The notes under the pieces: model-generated
Seen by the model: the letters and a program-made list of their open reading frames with translations, nothing else
Told to the model about the DNA's origin: nothing
Database searches by the model: none
Origin: the human T2T-CHM13v2.0 reference genome, Homo sapiens
Strand: one strand, 5' to 3'
DNA length: 64,000 nt
NCBI RefSeq assembly: GCF_009914755.1
Contig: NC_060930.1
Program-made: the position numbers and the translations under genes
Shown: positions 42,901 through 53,300 of the stretch, piece after piece
How positions within the stretch are numbered: position 1 is the stretch's first letter
How the letters are laid out: each line of letters starts with the position of its first letter

Positions 42901-44850
42901 TAGCTGTGGCAGGAGTAGCAGCATCAGCAGTTGCAGTAGCTGTGGCAGGAGGAGTAGCAGCATCAGCAGTTGCAGTAGCTGTGGCAGGAGGAGTAGCAGC
43001 ATCAGCAGTTGCAGTAGCTGTGGCAGGAGGAGTAGCAGCAGCAGCAGTTGCAGTAGCTGTGGCAGGAGGAGTAGCAGCAGCAGCAGTTGCAGCAGCTGTG
43101 GCAGGAGTAACAGCATCGGCAGTTGCAGCAGCTGTGGCAGGAGGAGTAGCAGCATCGGCAGTTGCAGCAGCTGTGGCAGGAGGAGTAGCAGCATCGGCAG
43201 TTGCAGTAGCTGTGGCAGGAGGAGTAGCAGCAGCAGCAGTTGCAGTAGCTGTGGCAGGAGTAGCAGCATCAGTAGTTGCAGTAGCTGTGGCAGGAGGAGT
43301 AGCAGCATCAGCAGTTGCAGTAGCTGTGGCAGGAGGAGTACCAGCATCAGTAGTTGCAGTAGGTGTGGCAGGAGGAGTAGTAGCAGCAGCAGTTGCAGTA
43401 GGTGTGGCAGGAGGAGTAGCAGCAGTTGCAGTAGCTGTGGCAGGAGGAGTAGCAGCAGTTGCAGTAGCTGTGGCAGGAGGAGTAGCAGCAGCAGCAGTTG
43501 CAGTAGCTGTGGCAGGAGTAGCAGCATCGGCAGTTGCAGCAGCTGTGGCAGGAGGAGTAGCAGCATCGGCAGTTGCAGCAGCTGTGGCAGGAGGAGTAGC
43601 AGCATCGGCAGTTGCAGCAGCTGTGGCAGGAGGAGTAGCAGCAGCGGCAGTTGCAGTAGCTGTGGCAGGAGGAGTAGCAGCATCGGCAGTTGCAGTAGCT
43701 GTGGCAGGAGTAGCAGCAGCAGCAGTTGCAGTAGCTGTGGCAGGAGTAGCAGCAGCAGCAGTTGCAGTAGCTGTGGTAGGAGTAGCAGCATCAGCAGTTG
43801 CAGTAGCTGTGGCAGGAGGAGTAGCAGCATCAGCAGTTGCAGTAGCTGTGGCAGGAGGAGTAGCAGCATCAGCAGTTGCAGTAGCTGTGGCAGGAGTAGC
43901 AGCATCAGTAGTTGCAGTAGCTGTGGCAGGAGGAGTAGCAGCATCAGCAGTTGCAGTAGCTGTGGCAGGAGGAGTAGTAGCATCAGCAGTTGCAGTAGCT
44001 GTGGCAGGAGGAGTAGCAGCATCAGCAGTTGCAGTAGCTGTGGCAGGAGGAGTAGCAGCAGCAGCAGTTGCAGTAGCTGTGGCAGGAGGAGTAGCAGCAT
44101 CAGCAGTTGCAGTAGCTGTGGCAGGAGTAGCAGCATCAGCAGTTGCAGTAGCTGTGGCAGGAGGAGTAGCAGCAGCAGCAGTTGCAGTAGCTGTGGCAGG
44201 AGGAGTAGCAGCAGCAGGAGTTGCAGTAGCTGTGGCAGGAGGAGTAGCAGCATCAGCAGTTGCAGTAGCTGTGGCAGGAGGAGTAGCAGCATCAGCAGTT
44301 GCAGTAGCTGTGGCAGGAGTAGCAGCATCAGTAGTTGCAGTAGCTGTGGCAGGAGGAGTAGCAGCAGCAGCAGTTGCAGTAGCTGTGGCAGGAGGAGTAG
44401 CAGCAGTTGCAGTAGCTGTGGCAGGAGGAGTAGCAGCAGTTGCAATAGCTGTGGCAGGAGGAGTAGCAGCATCAGCAGTTGCAGTAGCTGTGGCAGGAGG
44501 AGTAGCAGCATCAGCAGTTGCAGTAGCTGTGGCAGGAGTAGCAGCATCAGCAGTTGCAGCAGCTGTGGCAGGAGGAGTAGCAGCATCGGCAGTTGCAGCA
44601 GCTGTGGCAGGAGGAGTAGCAGCATCGGCAGTTGCAGCAGCTGTGGCAGGAGGAGTAGCAGCATCGGCAGTTGCAGCAGCTGTGGCAGGAGGAGTAGCAG
44701 CATCGGCAGTTGCAGTAGCTGTGGCAGGAGTAGCAGCATCGGCAGTTGCAGTAGCTGTGGCAGGAGTAGCAGCAGCGGCACTTGCAGCAGCTGTGGCAGG
44801 AGTAGCAGCAGCAGCAGTTGCAGTGCAGGAGTAGCAGCAGCTTAGGTAGC
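39980..44850. repeat. Large minisatellite/VNTR, core GTTGCAGTAGCTGTGGCAGGAGGAGTAGCAGCATCAGCA (39 bp; 30/33/36-bp variants), roughly 125-130 copies
   Basis: Directly visible tandem array; length variants differ by whole GGA or GCA triplets. Confidence 0.99.
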
Positions 44851-44924
44851 AGTCGCAGTGCAACAGCCGCAGCAGCATCAGAGCCTCGGCAGCCGCAGCA
44901 GCAGTAGTAGTAATAATAGTAACA

Positions 44925-45010
44925 GTAGCAGCCACCGTTTTTTGAGCACCTCCTATGTGGCAGACACTGTAGCAGGTATTAGTTCATTTAATACTAGCAG
45001 GAGCCCTGTT
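44925..45010 (-). mobile_element. MIR 3'-end fragment abutting the VNTR
   Basis: ttttgagcacctcctatgtggcagacactgt...tcatttaatact resembles the antisense MIR end (attgagcacttactatgtgccaggcactgt...tcatttaatcct). Confidence 0.6.
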
Positions 45011-45944
45011 GAACACTCTTCATGGCTTCCTTTCCCCCATGGCGTCTGAGCCCCCTTCACTGGCCTCACAGGATCCCCTGGCCACGGCGCCTGCCCGCTG
45101 CTCAGCCCTCCTCTGGCCACATGCCCCACCGGCACGCAGCCTGCATCCTCCTTTCACTTCCTCAAAGGCGCCGTGCCCTCTCCCCTCTGCACTTTCCACC
45201 CCGACCCCACTGGCCTGTCTCCCTCCCCTCCATGGACCTCAGGTTAAGTCATGCCTGGTGAAAGCTCCTGGAGCTCAGACATGCTGGTTCCCCGGTACTG
45301 TCATTGCGGCTCAGTCCTTTATCTCCCCGTCCAGAAAAGACGGATGTGCTGGAGAAAGGACAGGGCCCATGGAGGGCCACCAGTGCCACCTGAGGTAGTG
45401 CCCAAGGCAAGAGCTGGAGCAAGCTGAGAAAAAAAGATGTAGTATTACGTTCTAACCCACAGAGCAAAATAAACACCCACAAGCCCAGACTGATACAGAA
45501 AATGCAAACCCCTCTAGAGGAGCGCATTCATCGGCCTTGCCCACCGCTCACTGCTGTGCCCCTCCAGGCCCTCGCAGGGAACATGGCACATTGCAGGTGC
45601 TTCATAAAGGACAATGGAGTGAAGGTGGTGGATGTGTGCCCGGTGAGGGTGGCGGCTGGAAGGTCTGCTGGTGCCTGAGGGAAGGGCAGTCAGTATCAGA
45701 GTTGGAACTCTGCAGCTGGCTTTAAACTTTGCTTTTTTATGACTGCCTCCCAAAGGTGAGGAAAACTCAATTGGCTTCCTTGTTCTCACATCCCAAAGAC
45801 AGTCAGGAGCCAGGACTGGCAGCATTTTACAGCTCTGTTAAGAGGTTGACCTGTCCTGGAAAGTGTAAAGGACTGTTCTTTACAGTTTATGATGCCACAT
45901 TTCATGAATCTGAGAATCCATGCCACAAATGGCCTCGCTTTACC

Positions 45945-46920
45945 AATGCAAAAGGGCAAATCAAGGGGTTCTGGCCCGTCTTGTGTCATTCAAACTGCAG
46001 TTTTGAAAAGTTCGATTAGAATGTTTTGCCCGTGATAAGAATCACAAGAGATTCTTCAAGTGCTTTATCCTGGGAGAGTTGAGTGGTGCTGCCCAGCAGC
46101 AGCGAGAATGCTTCTCACGTTGCTATCAGGTGGCCCCTGCTCCGTGGGGTCCGGAGCGGTTCACCGCCTGGCTTTTGACTGTTTATAAATTTGGCATAGG
46201 CATGCCAGTGGGTTTTGCAGAATCCATGTAAGGATTGCACATTACATACCAAGCTTGCCAGTGACGCACTGGCTGACATGTCCCACGGCGTGTCCCTGCT
46301 TCCTGGCCGCTGCAGCAGCCTGAATTCAACTCTGCAGAGCGACTTATGCTTTCCTGAACCTTATTTCCTTAAGAGCTATTTTTAGAAAAATTAGGACTGA
46401 GGTTTGATTCCTGGTTTTAGGCTCCCCAGGCTGGCAGAAGCTGGAATTGCTTTAAAGCAACCAATTCCTTCTTTGGCCGCTCACCAGTACTCCTTCTGCT
46501 GAGGGATGAGGGGCCGCCAAGGGGGACAGAAGTGAGCCGAGCTCTGCTCGTTGCCCTCACACTGGTGAGCTCCTTAGCGTGTCAGGGGCTGCTCCAGGTA
46601 GAGTGGGCACAGCCAGGACCAGAGAGGCCAGCTCCCTGCTCGCCAGGGGCCAGCATCTCCAGTGGATTCAAATGCAAAAGGGCAAATCAAGGGGTTCTGG
46701 TCCATCTTGTGTCATTCAAACTGTAGTTTTGAAAAGTTCAATTAGAATGTTTTGCCCGTGATAAGAATCACAAGAGACTCTTCAAGTGCTTTATCCTGGG
46801 AGAGTTGAGTGGTGCTGCCCAGCAGCAGCGAGAATGCTTCTCACGTTGCTATTCGGTGGCCCCTGCTCCGTGGGGTCCGGAGCGGTTCACCGCCTGGCTT
46901 TTGACTGTTTATAGATTTGG
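45945..46920. repeat. Direct duplication of 250 bp: 45945-46194 and 46671-46920
   Basis: aatgcaaaagggcaaatc...gactgtttat(a/g)atttgg appears twice, offset 726 bp, about 8 mismatches. Confidence 0.96.
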
Positions 46921-47720
46921 ATTATAAATGACTGTGAAATGGATAACAATATGTGAGTATAGGTTTCATGGATCGATTCCCGGCCTGGAGCAGGGAAAAT
47001 ACCAGAGGAGCCTCAGACATCTTATGGGGCCAGAAAATGAAGAGGTGCTTGAAAAAGAAAGGGGTATGACAAGAAGCCACATGACTAACCTGAAGGAGCT
47101 TCCAGTGGCCAAAAGTGGAGCAATTTGAGCAACAAAATAAAAAATGAGAATAATGGATTCTAATCCATGGAATAAAAATAAATATCCCTAAGTCCAGATT
47201 GATGTAAATAAATAATTGAATAAATAATAAACAACAGAGAAGAGACGGTTCTTCCTTATAGAAGAACCCAGGTTAATGATTGTGGAAGGAATGAGAAAAA
47301 TACAAAATCATCACTAGGCAAACTTTACAGCAGCAACTGCTGTCAGCAAGAGCCATGGGTGGACACTGCAACCACTGGGCAAGGCTTTGAGGAGAAGCCG
47401 GACATTCTCATTGTCGCAGCTGATGGAGAAATCCTGCAAACACCACCTTAACCAAGTGATCCAGGGAAACAGCACCACTCCTAGGACCACGGACATCACA
47501 TCCCCCAGACACGTGGCAGTGAGGAGGACACATGCCCGTCGGTGGCATTCCTGCCAAACATTCACTAACCTCAGTGCAACCGGAGGAAACATCAGACACA
47601 CCCAACAGAGAGGCAATCCACAAAGTGAGTGACCAGTACTGCCAAAGTGTCAGGAGCATGAGAGATGGGGCAGCTCTTGGACAAACCGTTAAGAAGACTC
47701 TACTGATCCACTCCCCTGTG
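46921..47720 (+). mobile_element. Old L1M fragment (L1MC/ME-like)
   Basis: caccaccttaaccaagtgatc, gaggaaacatcagaca...aggc motifs typical of old L1 3' regions. Confidence 0.55.
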
Positions 47721-47758
47721 GAATAAAGTGAAAGGACTTGGGATAAAAACACACTTTT

Positions 47759-48216
<458 letters not shown>

Positions 48217-48434
48217 TTAGAGTAGTGCAGACCAACATTTCTTATCTGTATTTAATAGCAGGTTTTTACAAATCAGCCTTATTTGAAAAACTGTCTAAAC
48301 TCTCTTTTGCCGGATGGGTAGCTTACTTTGTGCACAACACTATTTTAAGTTCTATTAAACATAATTAAGAAATAGAAGAGAAAATAAGAGATTACAGGAG
48401 AAATGCACAAATCAAAGATCAAAAAGCATGTCCA

Positions 48435-49200
48435 TCAAAGAAAAGAGAACCCTGGTACACTGTGGGTCAGAAGGTAAATTCGTATAGCCATTATGGAAAA
48501 CAGTGTGGAAGTTCCTCAGAAGATTAAAAATGGAGCTACTATATAATCCAGCAACCTCACTACTGGGTATATATCCAAAAAATATTGAAATCAATATATT
48601 GAAGAGATGTCTGCCCTCCCATGCTCACGGCAGGACTTGTCACAATAGCCCAGATCCAAAATCAATCTTGGTGTCCCATCAGTGGACACACGGATAAAGT
48701 GTGGTAGATATACACCATGGGATAAGATTCAGCCTTAAAGAAGAAAGAAGTCCTGTCATTTGTGACAATGTGGATGAACCTGGAGGACATGATTCTAAGT
48801 GAAATAAGCCAGGCACAGAGAGACAAATACCACATGATCTCAGTCACATGTGGAATCTGAAAACGTCCAACTCATAGAAGTAGGTAGCACAATGGTGGGT
48901 ACCGGGGCAGGGGTGAGGGGCTTAGGGGGATGCTGGTGTAAGGATACAAAATCTTAGTTAGATGGGAGGAATTAGTTCAAGAGGGCCATTGTACAGCATG
49001 GTGACTATATTTAATAACAGTGAATTGTATACTTGAAAGTAGCTAGAAGAGTAGATTTTAAGTATTCTCAGTGCACAAAAAAGGCGAGGTTATATATACA
49101 TGTTTGATGTAGCCTTTCCACAATGTGTGTGTATATATATAAACATATTGTACACCATAAATATATACAATGTTTACTTTTCAATTAAAATAGATAAAAA
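48435..49200 (+). mobile_element. L1MA-type 3' end
   Basis: gccattatggaaaacagtgtggaagttcctca...gaaataagccaggcacagagagacaaataccacatgatctca...caccataaatatatacaat. Confidence 0.88.
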
Positions 49201-50079
49201 GGAAGATTTTCTGACCAAAGTGAGTAGCTGATATAATTATATTATGCTGTCTTTAGATGCTAATTACATTACAAAAAAATTTCCATTTGGTTAGGAAATA
49301 CGTATTTTAAGTGCCCATAGATACTACATGTATTCTGAGCTACAACTTTGCGCAGCCCACTACAGGTGAGTGGGTCAGAGAGGCCCCATCCAGGAAGAGG
49401 AAGCTGTGGTTTAATTAGAGCTGGGATGGGGGCTTGCCTGTTTCTGCTAAAGACATAGACTTGAATCATTAGAAAATGGGAATAGGCTGAACGTGAGAGG
49501 CAGCAGTGAGGTTTGTTTTCTGTTATTTATCTTTTTTGGGCTGAAGAGGGCAACTAGGCCACCGGGCCCAAGGTTAGGAGAACAACTGGTGTCATGATAA
49601 AGATTTTTCAGGGTTTTGGTCAGATAATTGGGGTTGATTAATGTCATGGTGGAGCCTAGAGATTCTGAGAAGGAGGAGAGGAGTTCAGTTAGATACCCAG
49701 CGGGTCATAAGCAGTCTGACTGTGTGTGCGGAACACCCCCAAAGCCCACACTGGGGAGGCGACTTGAAGGAGGGGACTGTCACCTTGCAGAAGGCCGAGA
49801 GGCCCAGAGGCTCAGAAAAGGGATGAGGCCATTGGATTTTTGCCAGGAAAATGTCACTGGTGGTTTTGGTAAAAGTAGTTCCTCCAAGGTAAAGACCGAA
49901 CTAGAGCTACTCAACTGAAAATTTATTGAGGGGAGGAACCATGCTGTCGTATATCTTTGTATTTCCCAAAAACATCTAGCCCAGAATATCATCTTCAAAT
50001 TTTTGACATTGGGGTTCTGTGTTTTCCTGCTGAGAGCTTCAACCAAAGCCACATTTCAAGCAATTAAGAAAAAGGCATC

Positions 50080-50335
50080 TTGGGAGGCCGAGGTGGGCAG
50101 ATCACGAGGTCAGGAGTTCGAGACCAGCCTGGCCAAAATGGTGAAACCTCATCTCTACTAAAGATACAAAAAATTAGCTGGGCGTGGTCGTGCGTGCCTG
50201 TAATCCGAGCTACTTGGGTAGCTGAGGCGGGAGAATCGCTTGAGGTTGCAGTGAGCCGAGACTGTGCCATCGCACTCCAGCCTGGGCAACAGGGCGAGAC
50301 TCTGTCTCAAAAAAACAAACAAACAACAACAAAAA
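50080..50335 (+). mobile_element. 5'-truncated Alu with small internal deletion
   Basis: tgggaggccgagg...gactctgtctc plus A-tail; TSD aaaaaggcatc. Confidence 0.92.
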
Positions 50336-53300
50336 AGGCATCAATGTGAAAATAAGTAAACAGCATCAAGATGCGTTTAAGGAATACATTTTACAATGCA
50401 AAGGAGGAGGATGGAAGACTGGCGTAGAGGGAGGGATTGAAAAAAAGTTAAGGTCAGGAGATATTGTCCTGGGGTTTGACATAAATCAACATGATTCGTC
50501 AATCCTGATGTGTGTTTCTGTTCTTAAGAAAATATCTGTATGGTTTTGCTAATAATACATGTGTATCCCCCCAAAAGTATAAAATTCGGGGAAAAAACTG
50601 AGACCAGAACAATTTATACCGAGAACGTGTGACCCCACCACCTATGTTGGTAACATGTTGGGGATTTCCCCGAGGCTTGCGGAGTTTTCTCAGAGTTAAG
50701 ATCCTATCATGCATGCAATTTTGCGTATGCTTTCTTCCCTTAACCTCATATCATAAGCATTTTCCCCAAATTAACCAACATTTTCATATAGTTTTCCTAA
50801 GTGTGTAGATGTACCACTGCGTACTTAACTGCTCCCCCGTGTCTAGATACTTAAAATATTTCTAAGTTTTACGGTAACCAATGCTGAGATGGACATCTTT
50901 GCAAAAGAGTGGTCCCATCGCTCTCCAGAAGGAAGCACGCGCATTTCAGCTGCACGGTTATTGTCTTGTGTGCTCTCGTTTAAATGGCTGTGAATTTGCT
51001 TTTTCTTTTTAGTAATCATTCACTCCTTTATTCATTTATTCGAAAAGATTTTATGTGGAAATCTAACACGTGGGAACACAGTTCTAGCACCGGCAGTCTC
51101 AGAGAGCAAGAGAGACGAGGCCCCAGCCCACGTGGCACTCACAGAGACAAACACCGCAGAAGAGAGGCAGAGGTTGGCCAGCACAGGAAGAGAGGCACTG
51201 TGGGAGAAGCGAAGGCACCTGAGGTGTGGGAGTGCCTGGGACACCGGAGGCCTCCCTGAGATGCAGCCAGGGAGCAGGCAGTCATCCAACAGGGATTATT
51301 ACTGAGGCTGAAAATGTTTTCAATATTGATCGCACTGGGCTCGTTCCTTAGTGAGACGTGTGTCAGAGGCCGTCCTCACTCCCCAGCAGCTCCTGTTGGC
51401 TTCGAGCAATTATACCAACCCGTCCCCCTCCATGTGTTCCTCTCTAAATGGAATCACAGTGCCTGCTTCACCTCCCCACTGGGTTCTGTGAAAAATTAGA
51501 GGCTGGTGCAGAGAATCCCACCAAGTCAGCCGCAGACCAGACACGAGGTTGACCCCTCTGCAGCTTGTCACTGCCAGTCTGATGTGACTCCTATGTGGAG
51601 TCCTCTGACCTCCTTGAGGGCCTCAGTGTGTAAACAGGTGCCAGGCTGAGCCACCCCCTCGAGGCTCCCTCCTCCTAGCATGTGGCTTAATGTTTCAAAA
51701 CCAGTTTTGGAGAAGAATCCTCCCTGCAGTGGCTGTGCTCATAGGAAGGGCCCGGCAATCCCGCCCCTCCACCCGCACACCCCCTGCCCTGGTCACCGTG
51801 CTCCTCCCAGGGCCGCTCCCCACGTGCGTCTGCCCAACAGGCGTGGACACCTGCGGCACTTCCAGAGCCCGGCAGCCTGGACAGGAAGTTACCTCGCTGT
51901 TCCCCCCCAGGGCCACGCCAAAGCTGTGCTGAAGAAAACCTGCCTGCAGGGAAGTGATCAGCGCTACGGTCAGAGGAAACCTGGTTCCTCCTGACCTCCC
52001 CTTGGCCCTAACCTGAGACGCCTGGGGCCGGAAATAGAGAAGCCTGCTGTTAACCTCAATGTCCCCGGCATTCTGCACAGGTCACGAGCCCTCTTTTCCC
52101 TGTGTGTCTGCCCATGAGTGCCATATTCGCACACCCAGGCCGGGTCCACCTACCTAGCCCGCTTTGGGAGTGAACTTCCAGCTGGTTTTTACGGGACAGT
52201 CCTCCAGAACATCCCTCTGGTGCTGCAAAGCCAGTTCTCAGCCAGACTTGCTACCTTCCATCCCAAATGCCACTCCTCGGTCACGGTTTCCTGTCCCCGA
52301 TGATGGCGCCACGGCCCCTGGTACTCAGCATCTCTGGGGTCCTGCCTCCCGGGGTGTTCAAAGACAGCCCTCCTGGGCAGCACCCTCCCGGATCCCCAGG
52401 GCCACCCTGGCCCAGCAGCATCCAGTCCTTCCACTGGGGCTCTCTTGCGCCTCCAGTCCAGCCTGGAACGCCTGGCACAAAATGTCTGATGTGCCTCCTT
52501 CAGCCTCCCTTTTCTCCAGCTGTGTGGTTCAAAGACTGCGGTTCTCAGACCCCATAAATCAAAATCTCACAGCTGTCTGATGGAAATGCAGATTCCTGGG
52601 TCCATTGGCTGAAGCCAGACAGCTGGTTGGGGCCTGCAAGTGATTCTGACATCCAGTGACGTTGAAGGGCCAGTGACCTGCCCGTGGAGTATGGACTCCT
52701 TCGCTGGCGTTGGGGCTCCCTACCCACGGTCTTCCTGGATGGGCTTCAAACCTCCTTTCTGGCCTCTACGCCCTGGGTCCCGCCCCCAGCCCAGACTACC
52801 TGCTGTTCCACTGTCACACGGGAGGAGTTACTGCCAGGCTGGGCTCTCCGCCTAGAATTCCTGCTTCTGTGGATTGAAATCTCATGACTTCAACGTTCAG
52901 GTGAAACGCCACCTTCTTCACGATGCCAGCTGCCTCCTCCCCCTTACCATTTTGTCATCATTGTCTTTCATTCCACCTTCTACTGCCCTGGAGGATGACA
53001 CTGTCCCCGAGTGAGCTGGCGTGCCCCCAGTGCCAGGCAAGGGACTGTGCATGTCCCCTCACAGTGGCTCCGTGTCCTAGCCATCCTTGTGTCTTCCTCA
53101 GTACCTTGGTTCTGTGCCTCACAAAAGCTACTGGGTTGAAAGAAATCACAGAACCTGAGAAGAAACCCATGCTTTGTTCAGACTCAGGATGCGATTCTAG
53201 CTTGAAACCATTGCAAGAGGAACTCCACCAATGTCAAGTCCTGCTTTTGTGAGCCCCCTCGCCAGAAGGGAGGGAGCATGTGCAGTAGGAGGTCTCCTCA

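Noticed and set aside
39980-44850. CRISPR array or pathogenic pure CAG expansion
   Set aside because: No unique spacers and a eukaryotic context; pure GCA/CAG runs are only about 2-4 triplets long.
39874-44935. Annotating the three ~1,630-1,650-aa ORFs as real protein-coding genes
   Set aside because: They overlap on both strands, consist only of repeat, and follow automatically from a triplet-built unit. No promoter, splice or homology support. Kept only as a hypothesis.
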